Assembly: GCA_963719515.1 (NCBI GenBank)
Contig: CAVRCJ010000008.1
Span: forward strand, 1-64,000
DNA length: 64,000 nt
Source: an uncultured cyanobacterium
GTDB taxonomy: Bacteria > Cyanobacteriota > Cyanobacteriia > CAKZMO01
Reading direction: 5' to 3'
Positions within the stretch are counted from its first letter, which is position 1. Each line of letters opens with the position of its first letter. Of the stretch, positions 10,008 to 20,984 are shown piece by piece. The position numbers were made by a program, and so were the translations under genes. The notes beneath the pieces were generated by a model that was not told the origin of the DNA, made no database searches, and was given only the letters and a program-made list of their open reading frames with translations.

Positions 10008-10400
10008 TCAACTCTGTTGGGCCTTATATGCAGCCCAACCCCCGCAGTCTGAAATATCGGGCCAATCGTTTTCTTCGACCTGCTCTTGGGGATACAGCAT
10101 GGCGATCGCCGTCCCCCCGCCGTCTAGACCAACCTCAGCGGGATACATGTGGGGTGGCTCGTTGGCCAGCAGGTAGTCGTATTGCTCAGCGGTGAGGCGA
10201 TAGAGTTCGCCGGGGATGGAGATGCCGCCGGTTTCGACTGGGTAAATGCCGGGATGCCAGCCGTCTTTGACCGAATGCAGGCGATAGCTAGGGACGGTTT
10301 TGGCTTCGCCGAGGAAGGTGGCGGACTGGAGATTGTCGTGGTCGGGCTGTCCCCGGAGGGCAGACCCGCAGATGAATACGACTGTCGACTCATCGGGCAT
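10008..10400 (-). CDS. gamma-glutamylcyclotransferase-fold protein (allophanate hydrolase C-terminal-like)
   Basis: VFICGSALRGQP, YRLHSV, IPGELY and DISDCGGWAAY motifs. Confidence 0.75.
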   Translation of the reverse strand: MPDESTVVFICGSALRGQPDHDNLQSATFLGEAKTVPSYRLHSVKDGWHPGIYPVETGGISIPGELYRLTAEQYDYLLANEPPHMYPAEVGLDGGGTAIAMLYPQEQVEENDWPDISDCGGWAAYKAQQS

Positions 10401-10465
10401 AGAGTGGGTTCCGTTCTCGTCAAGACTTAATCTTAATGGAGAAGGGGCCGCGATCGCACTGCCGC

Positions 10466-10544
10466 CGTTACCGCCGCACGATTTGCGGTAGCGCTTGGGT
10501 TGTCTTTCCTACATCCAATACATTTGGGAGACAACCCGCAAATG
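10466..10544 (+). promoter_or_regulatory. partial copy of the structured leader (last two hairpins and start codon)
   Basis: CGTTACCGC/GCGGTAGCG stem, then TTGGGTTGTCTTTCCTAC..GGAGACAACCC and ATG ACC TAC; matches the leader 3' ends near 27.85 kb and 42.05 kb. Confidence 0.7.
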
Positions 10545-10677
10545 ACCTACGAAATACCCCAAACCCCTGACGCTCGTCAGGGCACTCCAATTCAGCCGCA
10601 GCTGCGCACTTACGATGAGGAACTTGCTAAAATACAAAGCTGCGATCGCCTTACAACGCCTAGCCCCAACGGTAAGC

Positions 10678-12279
10678 ATGCTACGCCTCAGCGAAATCAA
10701 ACTGCCGCTCGATCACCCCGAATCAGCGATCCAAGACGCCATTCTCAAAAAGCTGCAGATTTCTGCAGCTGAACTGATTCACTACACCATCTTTAAGCGC
10801 AGCTACGATGCCCGCAAAAAGGGCAAAATCATTTTGGTGTACATCGTTGACGTTAAAGTCGCCAAAGAAAAAGCGCTGAAGCAGCGCTTTAAAAAAGACT
10901 CCCACGTCGCTCTGACTCCCGACATGGGCTATCACCCGGTGGCCCAAGCTCCCCAGGATTTTGGCCTGCGGCCTATCGTCATCGGCACGGGGCCCTGCGG
11001 GATGTTTGCGGGGCTGCTGCTGGCACAGATGGGGTTTCGCCCAATTTTGCTAGAGCGGGGGAAATCGGTGCGCGATCGCAGCGTGGATACCTTCGGGTTT
11101 TGGCTTAAAAAACGGCTCAACCCTGAGTCCAACGCCCAGTTCGGGGAAGGCGGTGCGGGGACGTTTTCCGACGGCAAGCTCTACAGCCAGGTCCGAGACT
11201 CCAGGCACTATGGCCGTAAGGTGTTGACCGAGCTGGTAAACGCTGGCGCGGCCCCAGAGATTCTCTACGTCAATAAACCCCACATCGGCACCTATCGGCT
11301 GGTCAAAATCGTGCAGAACCTGCGGGCCACCATCGAAGAGCTGGGCGGCGAGATTCGGTTTCAGTGCCGAGTGGAAGATGTTGATATTGACCAAGGCCAA
11401 GTTGTAGGGGTGAGGCTAGCGAGCGGGGAATACATTGCCAGCCGTCACGTGGTATTGGCCGTGGGCCACAGCGCCCGCGACACCTTTCAAATGCTCTGCG
11501 ATCGCGGCGTCTATATTGAGCCCAAGCCTTTCTCCATCGGCTTTCGCATCGAGCACCCCCAATCGCTGATCGATCGCTGCCGCTTCGGCAAGCAGGCTGG
11601 CCACGAGCGCTTAGGGTCTGCGGACTACAAGCTGGTGCATCACTGCGAAAATGGCCGCTCGGTCTATAGCTTTTGCATGTGCCCCGGCGGTAAGGTCGTG
11701 GCGGCAGCGTCGGAGCCGGGGCGGCTGGTGACCAACGGCATGAGTGAATATGCCCGCGATGAGTCCAACGCCAACAGCGCCATTGTGGTGGGCATCACCC
11801 CAGAAGACTATCCCGATGGGCCGCTAGCGGGGATTGCGCTGCAGCGGAGCCTAGAAGAGCGGGCCTTTACCCTGGGCGGCGGAACCTACGAGGCTCCGGG
11901 GCAGCTTGTGGGAGATTTCCTCGCGCACCGCCCCTCTCAAGACTTTGGAAAGGTCCACCCCTCCTACAAGCCGGGAGTGGCCCTGGGCGACCTGAGCGAG
12001 AGCTTACCGGACTACGCGATCGCAGCCATTCGAGAAGCAATTCCAGCCTTTGACAAAAAGATCCGTGGGTTTGCCATGGATGACGCCATTTTGACGGGAA
12101 TTGAAACTAGAACCTCCTCGCCGATTCGCATCAAGCGCGACGAGAACTACCAAAGCTTAAACACCGCAGGACTCTATCCGGCGGGGGAAGGCGCAGGGTA
12201 CGCGGGGGGTATTTTATCCGCCGGAATCGACGGGATTCGGGTGGCGGAGGCGATCGCCTTGAGTATCGCGGCAGGGTGA
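10678..12279 (+). CDS. NAD(P)/FAD-dependent oxidoreductase
   Basis: Start MLRLSEIKL at ATG 10678; IGTGPCG, GEGGAGTFSDGKL, FCMCPGG and GEGAGYAGGI motifs. Confidence 0.88.
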   Translation: MLRLSEIKLPLDHPESAIQDAILKKLQISAAELIHYTIFKRSYDARKKGKIILVYIVDVKVAKEKALKQRFKKDSHVALTPDMGYHPVAQAPQDFGLRPIVIGTGPCGMFAGLLLAQMGFRPILLERGKSVRDRSVDTFGFWLKKRLNPESNAQFGEGGAGTFSDGKLYSQVRDSRHYGRKVLTELVNAGAAPEILYVNKPHIGTYRLVKIVQNLRATIEELGGEIRFQCRVEDVDIDQGQVVGVRLASGEYIASRHVVLAVGHSARDTFQMLCDRGVYIEPKPFSIGFRIEHPQSLIDRCRFGKQAGHERLGSADYKLVHHCENGRSVYSFCMCPGGKVVAAASEPGRLVTNGMSEYARDESNANSAIVVGITPEDYPDGPLAGIALQRSLEERAFTLGGGTYEAPGQLVGDFLAHRPSQDFGKVHPSYKPGVALGDLSESLPDYAIAAIREAIPAFDKKIRGFAMDDAILTGIETRTSSPIRIKRDENYQSLNTAGLYPAGEGAGYAGGILSAGIDGIRVAEAIALSIAAG

Positions 12280-12492
12280 ATAAAACGTGAGCGGCTGGAT
12301 CGATGAGCAATTGCCCTCCAGCGGCCCATTTAATGCTATAAACGTAAAGGTTTATTAAGTTTTCTGATTTGACTTCCTTGAGAGCAATCGATCTACTGAA
12401 TTGTCCCCATGGTTGCGACGACGCTCTGAGCCCCAGCCTCGTCAGTAGGTTCCCCAAAAGCTCTACCACCACAATTGTTTGGAGATTTAGTT

Positions 12493-13542
12493 TTGACTTC
12501 AACGACTGATCGGTCTGGTTCATCCGTTGGTGAGCTAGCCGCCCTTCGCGCGGTTCAGATTAAAGACATCATTTCATCATTGCCAGCGGCCTGCTTCGAG
12601 AAGAATAGGGTCAAGGCCTGGAAATCTGTTGCTCTCAGCGTCACTGCCGCTGCCCTGGGCTATACCGCGATCGCTTTTGCGCCCTGGTTTTTGCTGCCGT
12701 TTGCCTGGTTCTTCACCGGCACGGCCCTCACGGGCTGGTTTGTGATTGCCCACGACTGCGGCCACCGCTCGTTTGCTCAGCGTCGCTGGGTAAACGATTT
12801 GGTTGGCTCGGTGATGATGTTGCCCCTGCTCTACCCCTTCCACAGCTGGCGACTGCTGCACAACCACCACCACCTGCACACCAACAAGCTAGGGGTCGAC
12901 AACGCCTGGGAACCCTGGACCGTCGAGAGGTACGACAACTCGTCGTCGGGGCTGCAGATGTTTTACAGGGCGCTCCGGGGTCGTCTGTGGTGGGTGGGGT
13001 CCATTGCCCACTGGGCCGGGATGCACTTTGACCCGCGCAAAGTTGCCCAACGCGATCGCGCCAAGGTGGTGCAGTCTGTGGCGCTGATCATAGCCTTTGC
13101 GCTGGTGCTGTTCCCGACGCTGCTGCTGGTGGCCGGTCCCTGGGGTGTCGTGTCGTTTTGGCTGATGCCCTGGCTGACCTACCACTTTTGGATGAGCACC
13201 TTCACCATCGTTCACCACACCCTGCCGGAGATTCCGTTCCGCCTCGCGGAAGACTGGAACGCGGCTGAGTCGCAGCTGGCTGGGACGGTGCATTGCCGCT
13301 ATCCGCGCTGGATAGAGGTGCTCTGCCACGATATCAACGTGCATGTGCCGCACCATATCTCGGTAGCCGTTCCCTCCTACAACCTGCGGTTGGCCCATGC
13401 GAGCCTGGTCGAAAACTGGGGACAGCACATTGTGGAAACCGAGTTTTCCTGGCGGCTGATGGAGCGGGTCGTCAACCAGTGTCATCTTTACGATGCAGAC
13501 CAAGCCTATCGATCGTTTGGTGATGCGGCGCGGTCTGCCTAG
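12493..13542 (+). CDS. desA: delta-12 acyl-lipid desaturase
   Basis: His boxes HDCGH, HNHHH and HVPHH; TTG start preceded by GGAG at 12481. Confidence 0.88.
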   Translation: MTSTTDRSGSSVGELAALRAVQIKDIISSLPAACFEKNRVKAWKSVALSVTAAALGYTAIAFAPWFLLPFAWFFTGTALTGWFVIAHDCGHRSFAQRRWVNDLVGSVMMLPLLYPFHSWRLLHNHHHLHTNKLGVDNAWEPWTVERYDNSSSGLQMFYRALRGRLWWVGSIAHWAGMHFDPRKVAQRDRAKVVQSVALIIAFALVLFPTLLLVAGPWGVVSFWLMPWLTYHFWMSTFTIVHHTLPEIPFRLAEDWNAAESQLAGTVHCRYPRWIEVLCHDINVHVPHHISVAVPSYNLRLAHASLVENWGQHIVETEFSWRLMERVVNQCHLYDADQAYRSFGDAARSA

Positions 13543-13837
13543 GCGCTGGCCCAAAGCCTACAGCCAAAGGCTCTCATACGGGCGCTGTCCATAGATTCTA
13601 CCTTTCGATAGCGCTACGGCCCCTATTCTCTCCTCCGGTCTCCCTCTTAATCCTGACGACTGATGATAGGGAGACCCAATACTGTTCAGACATAACGACG
13701 CGATCGCCGCGCCACGCCATTCGCGGGGTAGGCAAAAGTCCTATTGAGAATCTGATTTCTCATCTTGGGAATCTGATCTCTCATCTAAGTAGGGTTTGTT
13801 TCGCGGTTATGCAAACTGTTCAACAAGGTTCAACCTC

Positions 13838-14650
13838 ATGGCAGACAAAGACATCAAACAAGACTACGACGCCGATCCCCGGCGCGAGCGCGACATTAAC
13901 CCCGACCCCATCACGGGAGAGCCGGGCGCTCATCCCATCGGCACGGGCGTAGGAGCAGCTGGCGTAGGCACCGCCGCAACGGCAGTGGGCGCTGCGCTAG
14001 GCGGCCCCGTAGGCGCTGTTGTCGGAGCCGTTGTGGGTTCCGTAGCGGGTGGCCTTATGGGTAAGGGCATCGCCGAGCAAATCGACCCGACCCTCGAAGA
14101 AGAGTACTGGCGCGGCAGCTACCGCGATCGCCCCTATGCCGAGGCCGATTACGACTACGACAAAGACTATTCTCCGGCATACCGCACGGGCTACGACGGT
14201 TACTCCTCCTACGCCAGCGAGAATGCAACCTTTGAGACCGCAGAGCCGCGTCTGCGGGAAGACTACGAAAAGAATCGCGGCAGCAGCCGCCTAGACTGGG
14301 AGAAGGCTAAGCCCGCCACCCAGGACGCCTGGAACCGGGCCGACGTTACCGTTCGAGGCACCCGCGAGAATGACGAGTATTGGCGCAGCAACTATCAGTC
14401 TCGGCCCTACGCCAGCGGACGCAGCTACGACGACTACGCGCCGGGCTACCAAGCGGGATACCTGGGCTACCGAGACTATGGCCTCAACCGCGGCATGACC
14501 TATGAGCAAGCAGAGCCAGAGCTGCGATCGCGGTACGACCGTGACCACCACGGTGACGGGTCCGCCTGGGACGACGTCAAGGACGCTGCTCGAGATGCTT
14601 GGCACCGGGCAAAAGACACCGTAACGGACGACAGCCCCCGCCGCCGTTAG
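13838..14650 (+). CDS. glycine-zipper protein with two tandem ~80-aa repeats
   Basis: DPITGEPGAHPIGTGVGAAG..GAVVGAVVG; repeated YWR..Y..RPY..Y.P.Y..GY..AEP.LR..W..AW.RA. Confidence 0.75.
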   Translation: MADKDIKQDYDADPRRERDINPDPITGEPGAHPIGTGVGAAGVGTAATAVGAALGGPVGAVVGAVVGSVAGGLMGKGIAEQIDPTLEEEYWRGSYRDRPYAEADYDYDKDYSPAYRTGYDGYSSYASENATFETAEPRLREDYEKNRGSSRLDWEKAKPATQDAWNRADVTVRGTRENDEYWRSNYQSRPYASGRSYDDYAPGYQAGYLGYRDYGLNRGMTYEQAEPELRSRYDRDHHGDGSAWDDVKDAARDAWHRAKDTVTDDSPRRR

Positions 14651-14677
14651 GGAAACTGCCGTCATTAGAGACCCTAA

Positions 14678-14711
14678 GGGGGTGGCCTGGCTCATGCGGC
14701 AGGTCGCCCCC
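14678..14711. terminator. hairpin between convergent genes
   Basis: GGGGGTGGCCTG..CAGGTCGCCCCC stem with G-U pairs. Confidence 0.5.
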
Positions 14712-16577
14712 CTAGCGCGCAATCCTCACGGTTGTGTAGCCGTCGCCGTCGCGCTGAATGACTCCCGCCCCGCTGCGAGTCTCAAACGTGAAGCGATCGC
14801 TTTTCCCGCTGCGCACCTGCTCTAGCCCCCGCTCCACCTGAGACGTCAGGCCCAGGTTGCTCATGCCGTTGACGGTCACTTTGACCACCAAATCATCCAC
14901 ATTGGGGGCAAATGTCGCCTCAGTCTGCTGCACCTCCCCACTTTGGCTATAGAGATAGGTAAGGCTGACGCGCCCTGGCTCTGCCTCGTAGTAGGCGTAG
15001 GAGGTATTTGGGTCATTGCCTGCCCCAGTTTGGTCCGGCGGTCCCAAGTCGGCCTCAATCTGCTGGCGGGACGTGCCGACGCCGTAGCCTGGAATGGGCT
15101 GAATAGCGCTGGGGTTGTTCGATGGCGGACGCTCTTGTCGTGAATTATTGCCGCTGTTGCCAGAATTATCGCCAGAGCTGTCGCCGGAGCTGTCACTCGT
15201 CCTAGACTCTTGGCGGTCCTGTCGGCGCGACTCGCGATTGCCATCGGCCTGGGGCAACCGCGGCAATCGCGGTAGACGCAGCGGAGGAATCTCAATAGAA
15301 ATACCCTCGTCTGAGTCTGAGACGGGATCTTCCGCAGGGTCTTCTACCGGTTCCGGCTCGGGCAGCTCTTCCACGGTCGGTTCCGGCGGCTCAGCAGGCA
15401 GCTCAACAGTCGGTTCCGTAGGGGGCGTCGGCTGACGCGATCGCCACCAGAGGGCGCTCACCCCCGCAGCGGCGATCGCTGCCGTGGCCAGCAGGGGAAT
15501 AAATAGGCATCCCAAGCAGCTATTGTTGCGGCGGCGCTCGGGTCGCACCGTTTTGACGTCGGTGGGCAGCTCGGTGGGGGGGGCAACCTGGGTTGACTGC
15601 CGAGGAGAAACCGCCACCGTTGGGGCGGTCTCGTCGGGGGGGAGGGGCCGCCGCTGTTTTCCCCGTGGTCCTGGGGTCGTTCGCGGCTGCGTTTTTGACG
15701 GAGCACCTGGGGCGATCGCTACGGTTTTGCCGGTGCGGCCAGCGGCACCGGCGCTGGGGGGCAGCAGCGCCAGCCACTGCTCTACCGTTGCCGGACGCAT
15801 CACCGCCTCAGTGGCCATGCCCCGCATCACGGCGTCATTGACGCCATTACTAATGCTGGCCCGCAGGTCCTGGGGGTCGGCTAGCCGCTGGCGATCGCGC
15901 AGCACTGCTGCAATTGGGACTGAGGCCGTGAGCAGGGTATAGAGGGTAGCGGCGAGGCCATAGACGTCGGTGGCCGGGGTGCGGGGGGCCTGGGTGAGGT
16001 ATTGCTCAATGGGCGCATAGCCCTCTGAGAGGACGCTGGTGTGGGTTTGCTGCTGGCCCAGTCGAAATTCGCGGGCGATGCCAAAGTCTATCAGAATCAC
16101 CTCTTGGCTGCCGTTCCGCAAGATGATGTTCTGTGGCTTAACGTCCCGGTGCAGCAGGGCATTGCGGTGTACAACGATTAGCGCCGCCCCAATTTGCCGG
16201 CTGTAGTGAATCGCGGTGGCTTCGTCTAGGGGGGAGTTGGGTAAAACGATCTGGTCTAGGGTGCGGCCCGGAATGTAGTCCATCACCATGTAGGGGATGT
16301 CTTTCTCCACGAAGAAGTCGCTCACCCGCACAATATTGGGGTGGACGCAGCGCGCGAGCCGCCTTGCTTCCTCTAAAAACTGCTGCTGGAGCTGCTTGAA
16401 GTCTGAGCGTCGTCGCACGGAGGCGTTTACGGTCTTGACGACTACGGTTTGTCCGAGGATGTGGTGGGTTGCCTTAAACGTGACCCCAAAGCCCCCTTCC
16501 CCCAAGAGCCGATCTAAGGTGTACTTTCCAGATTGGAGAGACTGGCCAACGAGTGAGTCCATTAGTTCAATCGGCAA
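14712..16577 (-). CDS. Hanks-type Ser/Thr protein kinase with TM and C-terminal domain
   Basis: [24 protein letters not shown] and TDVYG motifs; Pro-rich linker and TM. Start may be 16562. Confidence 0.92.
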   Translation of the reverse strand: MPIELMDSLVGQSLQSGKYTLDRLLGEGGFGVTFKATHHILGQTVVVKTVNASVRRRSDFKQLQQQFLEEARRLARCVHPNIVRVSDFFVEKDIPYMVMDYIPGRTLDQIVLPNSPLDEATAIHYSRQIGAALIVVHRNALLHRDVKPQNIILRNGSQEVILIDFGIAREFRLGQQQTHTSVLSEGYAPIEQYLTQAPRTPATDVYGLAATLYTLLTASVPIAAVLRDRQRLADPQDLRASISNGVNDAVMRGMATEAVMRPATVEQWLALLPPSAGAAGRTGKTVAIAPGAPSKTQPRTTPGPRGKQRRPLPPDETAPTVAVSPRQSTQVAPPTELPTDVKTVRPERRRNNSCLGCLFIPLLATAAIAAAGVSALWWRSRQPTPPTEPTVELPAEPPEPTVEELPEPEPVEDPAEDPVSDSDEGISIEIPPLRLPRLPRLPQADGNRESRRQDRQESRTSDSSGDSSGDNSGNSGNNSRQERPPSNNPSAIQPIPGYGVGTSRQQIEADLGPPDQTGAGNDPNTSYAYYEAEPGRVSLTYLYSQSGEVQQTEATFAPNVDDLVVKVTVNGMSNLGLTSQVERGLEQVRSGKSDRFTFETRSGAGVIQRDGDGYTTVRIAR

Positions 16578-17583
16578 TGAGGACAGGGTAGGGCAGGGCC
16601 GCTACTGCCATTGGCGTCTTTGGAGGCGTTTCTAAAGGCGTTTTTGCAGATGTCTCTGTGTCTTCCGCCATCACTTCTGCCACCACTTCTGCGATCGCAT
16701 TCTCTCTTTCCTCCCCAGATTCTACAACCGCCTGTGGAGGCTGCAAAGATGTCGCTGTAGCGGGGCCCGTCGCCGTCTCATCTGGCCCCCCGGCTCCCGG
16801 TTTTGGAAGGGAGTACGGGGTCAGCGACAGGGCGCTAAGCTGCTGCAGCCCCTGCTGCAGTGCGCTTTGGACAATAGGGTCAGGGTGGTGACAGAGCATG
16901 AGCACGAAGCAGTCGGCAATGTCGTTGAGGGCGGTAGGGTCTGACGTGGTCTTTGCCCAGCTGAGGGCGCGTCGAATGGCCACGAGCTGGTGAATAGGAT
17001 GGGTGGCCGCCAAGGCCATGAGGATTGGCTCTACTGGCTGGGGCGCTGGGGGGCTGAGGTCAGTCGGTGCGGGGGACTGAGGGGCTGTCTCTCCGAAGAA
17101 ACTATCCGCACCGCGACGCCACAGAACCGTCGCCATAATCAAAGTTTGCGCTATGACCAAGATCGTTAGCCCTGGCCAAGGCGATCGCTGCCACAGCTGC
17201 AGCAGACATCCTCCGGCGATCGCGGTACCGGCAACGCCAATCAGCGCCAGGGTCAAAGGCCGGTTTGCCGGTCGCCACCACCGCTGCCAGGGCAGCCAGG
17301 TAACGTGAAGGCGGTCTAGCTGGTGGAGGTAGATCGTGAGGCCGACCCCCAAGGCAACCACGGCGATCGCCGTCATGGGTCCGTTTAGCAGCAATCCGAC
17401 AACCCCGATGGTGCCCCCCGCCAGGGCTAGCTTTGGGTGGGTGAGGCTTTGCCACAGCTTTTCTTCCTCTGCCCTCACAAGCAGGCCCTGAGCGGAGTCA
17501 AGGGCACTCTGAAAGGTTTTGGAGGCTGCGCGTAGCGGTAGTGGGCGTTGCATAGGTGAGAGGGCGGATAGGGCGGGGACCAA
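16567..17583 (-). CDS. hypothetical membrane protein
   Basis: 338-aa ORF with four hydrophobic segments; abuts the kinase. Start may be 17553. Confidence 0.6.
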   Translation of the reverse strand: MVPALSALSPMQRPLPLRAASKTFQSALDSAQGLLVRAEEEKLWQSLTHPKLALAGGTIGVVGLLLNGPMTAIAVVALGVGLTIYLHQLDRLHVTWLPWQRWWRPANRPLTLALIGVAGTAIAGGCLLQLWQRSPWPGLTILVIAQTLIMATVLWRRGADSFFGETAPQSPAPTDLSPPAPQPVEPILMALAATHPIHQLVAIRRALSWAKTTSDPTALNDIADCFVLMLCHHPDPIVQSALQQGLQQLSALSLTPYSLPKPGAGGPDETATGPATATSLQPPQAVVESGEERENAIAEVVAEVMAEDTETSAKTPLETPPKTPMAVAALPYPVLIAD

Positions 17584-17687
17584 CTCAAGGCTAACCGATT
17601 TCAGGATAGCGCTATTTGGGACGGGGACAGCTTGGAAACGGGTATCGTAGACTTTGAAGCCGTTGCGTTCACATCAGTCGCACCATT

Positions 17688-19514
17688 ATGCCAGACCTAA
17701 CAGCCGACGTTCTTGTGGTGGGGGGCGGCACGGGCGGCACCGCTGCTGCCCTGCAGGCCGCCCGCGCCGGGGCTAAAACGATATTGGTGAGCGACGGGCC
17801 TTGGCTTGGGGGAATGCTCACCGCTGCTGGGGTGAGTGCCCCCGATGGCAACGAGCTGCTGCCGCTGCAGACCGGCATTTGGGGCGCGTTTTTGCGAGAG
17901 CTGGCCCAGGATGCTGCGAACGATCCCAAAGGTGACGGGGCATCGCCATTGGGCAACGGCTGGGTGAGCTGCTTTACCTATCTACCCGCCACCGGGGCAG
18001 AGATTTTTGCCCGCTGGGCGGGGGAATTACCCAACCTGCAGTGGATTGTGGGAGGTATGCCAAAGTCGGTGCAGCGCCAGGGCGACCGTATTGTCGGGGT
18101 CAGCTTCCAGCAGACTGACCGTGAGGCACTGCGAGTCAGCGCCCACGTCACCATCGACGCCACGGAGCTGGGCGACCTGCTGGCCCTTGGAAACGTTCCC
18201 CACCGCTGGGGCTGGGACTGGCGATCGCCCGAAGTGCCGCAGTGGAATGAGCCTAGCGCCCCTGACGGCCCCAGCGCTTTCACAGAGCGCCACCCGGTGC
18301 AGTCGCCCACCTGGGTCGTGGTCATGCGGGACTACGGTAGGGCGATCGCCCCTGAGGTTTCCGCACCGCCCGGTTATGACGCGAGTCAGTTTGTCGGCGC
18401 TTGGGAAGGCTACGGCGCTGAAGCGTTCCTCAACTACGGTCGGCTGCCGAGCGATCGCTTCATGATTAACTGGCCCCAGCAGGGCAACGACTATAGCGTG
18501 GGGTTGGACCGACTCGTTCACTCCCCTGAGGCGCGGCAGCAGTGCTTGCAAGAGGCTCGCTGGCACGCTCAGGGCTTTACCCACTTTATCCAAGCTCAGC
18601 TTGGGCGACGCTACGGCCTGGCGGAGGACTGCTTTCCTGATAGCGGTTCTGAAGGCAGCAGGCTTGGAGGCGGAGCCTATGCCCTGTACCCTTACTACCG
18701 TGAAAGTCGGCGGCTGCAGGGGCTAACAACGCTCCGCGAGCAGGACCTCTTACCCTCCCTAGCGGCAGTAGGGGCTGCGCTGCCCCAAAATGCCGACGGC
18801 ATTGTAGAGAGCATCGCCATCGGCAACTACCCCAACGATCATCACTACGCAGGCGCAGCGTTTCCCGTCGCCAACAAAACCATGCGCTGGGGCGGACGCA
18901 CTGTGGGTACGCCTTTCTCCATTCCGTATCGATGTTTGGTACCGAGAGGCGTAGATGGACTGCTGGTGGCCGAGAAAAACATATCGGTCTCTCACATCGC
19001 CAATGGCGCGACCCGTCTTCAGCCAGTGGTCTTAGGCATTGGCCAGGCCGCAGGCATGGCGGCGGCGCTGTGCTGTAGGCAGTCCTGCCAGCCGCGAGAG
19101 CTGTCGGTGCGATCGCTGCAAGAGGCGCTGCTAACGGACAAGACTGCCCCCGCTGCGGTGGTGCCCTTGCTAGACACCTGCCCTGACGACTCGCATTGGC
19201 TCCACCGGCAGCGCCTCTTTTTGGACGACCCAGAGCGCTATGCCCCGGCTGACAGTCTAGACTGCCTCGACGCTAGTTTTGCGATCGCGTCACCCCAGGC
19301 CACCTCCATTGTTGGCCAGCTCCGCAAGCAGCGCGTTCAAAAGTACGACATTACAGCCCGCGATAGCGCCACCCCAATTCCCGTGATTACGCTGGTGCCT
19401 CAGGTCAATGCTCAGCTGCGGAGTCTGTCGAATACGACGGTGGAGGCTGAGGTGGTGGGCCAGTACAACCGCGCTGTCGGCTGGTTTATGGTTGAGCGTC
19501 TGTATTTTAGGTAG
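17688..19514 (+). CDS. FAD-dependent oxidoreductase
   Basis: DVLVVGGGTGG, DATELGDL, YYRESRR and HIANGATRLQP motifs. Confidence 0.85.
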   Translation: MPDLTADVLVVGGGTGGTAAALQAARAGAKTILVSDGPWLGGMLTAAGVSAPDGNELLPLQTGIWGAFLRELAQDAANDPKGDGASPLGNGWVSCFTYLPATGAEIFARWAGELPNLQWIVGGMPKSVQRQGDRIVGVSFQQTDREALRVSAHVTIDATELGDLLALGNVPHRWGWDWRSPEVPQWNEPSAPDGPSAFTERHPVQSPTWVVVMRDYGRAIAPEVSAPPGYDASQFVGAWEGYGAEAFLNYGRLPSDRFMINWPQQGNDYSVGLDRLVHSPEARQQCLQEARWHAQGFTHFIQAQLGRRYGLAEDCFPDSGSEGSRLGGGAYALYPYYRESRRLQGLTTLREQDLLPSLAAVGAALPQNADGIVESIAIGNYPNDHHYAGAAFPVANKTMRWGGRTVGTPFSIPYRCLVPRGVDGLLVAEKNISVSHIANGATRLQPVVLGIGQAAGMAAALCCRQSCQPRELSVRSLQEALLTDKTAPAAVVPLLDTCPDDSHWLHRQRLFLDDPERYAPADSLDCLDASFAIASPQATSIVGQLRKQRVQKYDITARDSATPIPVITLVPQVNAQLRSLSNTTVEAEVVGQYNRAVGWFMVERLYFR

Positions 19515-19544
19515 GCCTTTTCGGACGTACGGACACCCCCACAG

Positions 19545-19576
19545 CAAAAGCGCCCCCGCAGTGGGAGGCGCTTTTG
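19545..19576. terminator. bidirectional intrinsic terminator after psbA copy 1
   Basis: CAAAAGCGCCCCCGCAGTGGGAGGCGCTTTTG. Confidence 0.8.
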
Positions 19577-19604
19577 TTAGCTTAGCTTAGCTGAGTGAGG
19601 AGTC

Positions 19605-20669
19605 CTAGCCGTTGATAGCAGGTGCCTCAGCAGCAGCAAGGTCAAGCGGGAAGTTGTGAGCGTTGCGCTCGTGCATCACTTCCATACCTAGGTTGGCACG
19701 GTTGATGATGTCCGCCCAGGTGTTGATGACCCGGCCCTGGCTGTCTAGAACAGACTGGTTGAAGTTGAACCCGTTCAGGTTGAACGCCATCGTGCTGATG
19801 CCCAGCGCCGTGAACCAGATGCCTACGACAGGCCACGCGCCCAAGAAGAAGTGCAGTGCCCGTGAGTTGTTGAACGATGCATATTGGAAGATCAGGCGGC
19901 CGAAGTAGCCGTGCGCTGCAACGATGTTGTAGGTCTCTTCTTCTTGCCCGAACTTGTAGCCGTAGTTCTGCGACTCGCTCTCAGTCGTCTCTCGCACCAG
20001 TGAAGAGGTCACCAGTGAACCGTGCATCGCGCTGAACAGCGCTCCGCCGAAGACGCCTGCCACACCTAGCATGTGGAAGGGGTGCATCAGGATGTTGTGC
20101 TCGGCCTGGAACACGAACATGAAGTTGAACGTACCCGAGATGCCGAGCGGCATGCCGTCAGAGAATGAACCCTGACCGATGGGGTAGATGAGGAAGACTG
20201 CAGATGCCGCTGCAACAGGTGCAGAGTAAGCAACGCAAATCCAAGGGCGCATGCCCAGACGGTAGGATAGTTCCCACTCGCGGCCCATGTAGCAGAAGAC
20301 GCCAATCAGGAAGTGGAATACCACCAGCTGGTAAGGTCCGCCGTTGTACAGCCACTCGTCGAGTGATGCTGCTTCCCAGATGGGGTAGAAGTGTAGACCG
20401 ATGGCGTTGGATGACGGAACAATTGCACCAGAGATGATGTTGTTGCCGTACATCAGTGAACCTGCAACAGGCTCGCGGATGCCGTCGATATCGACAGGAG
20501 GAGCCGCCACGAAGGCGATGAGGAAGCAGGTGGTAGCAGCTAAGAGAGTCGGAATCATCAGGACGCCGAACCAGCCTACGTAGAGGCGGTTGTTGGTGCT
20601 GGTGACCCACTCGCAGAACTGCTGCCATACGTTAGCGCTAGTAGAGCGCTGCTGTAGGGTAGTAGTCAT
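19605..20669 (-). CDS. psbA: photosystem II D1 protein (Glu130 form), 354 aa
   Basis: Unambiguous D1 sequence; GREWEL and [13 protein letters not shown]. Confidence 0.99.
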   Translation of the reverse strand: MTTTLQQRSTSANVWQQFCEWVTSTNNRLYVGWFGVLMIPTLLAATTCFLIAFVAAPPVDIDGIREPVAGSLMYGNNIISGAIVPSSNAIGLHFYPIWEAASLDEWLYNGGPYQLVVFHFLIGVFCYMGREWELSYRLGMRPWICVAYSAPVAAASAVFLIYPIGQGSFSDGMPLGISGTFNFMFVFQAEHNILMHPFHMLGVAGVFGGALFSAMHGSLVTSSLVRETTESESQNYGYKFGQEEETYNIVAAHGYFGRLIFQYASFNNSRALHFFLGAWPVVGIWFTALGISTMAFNLNGFNFNQSVLDSQGRVINTWADIINRANLGMEVMHERNAHNFPLDLAAAEAPAING

Positions 20670-20749
20670 AATTGCGGTTGGTGTTATTGATGTTGTCAGA
20701 TGTATGTTGCGGGAGGCTCATAACCATTTATTTGCTTCCCACTGATTTA

Positions 20750-20794
20750 ATACTACAGGGTTTGTAACGAAAAGTAAAGCGATTCGTTACAAAC
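20750..20794 (-). promoter_or_regulatory. psbA copy 1 promoter with overlapping 12-bp inverted repeat
   Basis: Minus strand TTTACT-N17-TAGTAT, also found before copy 2; GTTTGTAACGAA (20760-20771) / TTCGTTACAAAC (20783-20794). Confidence 0.7.
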
Positions 20795-20984
20795 TTAACA
20801 TTGGCGTCCGGATTGAGTGGATGGGCTAGTCTGAGAGGGCGCAGCGGAAGGGCGCGAGTTTGTCCTAATTAGTCCGGTATCAAAACAGCGGGTTCCTCTT
20901 AAACACGATAGGCACGAGGTGGCTAGGGTTATCGATGAGATGGGTTTAATCGATGAAATGTAAGGCAACTGGAGCGTGAAGACC

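Noticed and set aside
12889..13554. 221-aa antisense ORF, and similar ones at 26675, 33021, 45554 and 49196
   Set aside because: Shadow frames opposite well-supported genes in GC-rich DNA
19605..20669. Atypical (rogue, far-red or chlorophyll f synthase) D1
   Set aside because: The Mn-cluster ligand motifs and C-terminal LDLA appear intact; this is a standard Glu130 D1
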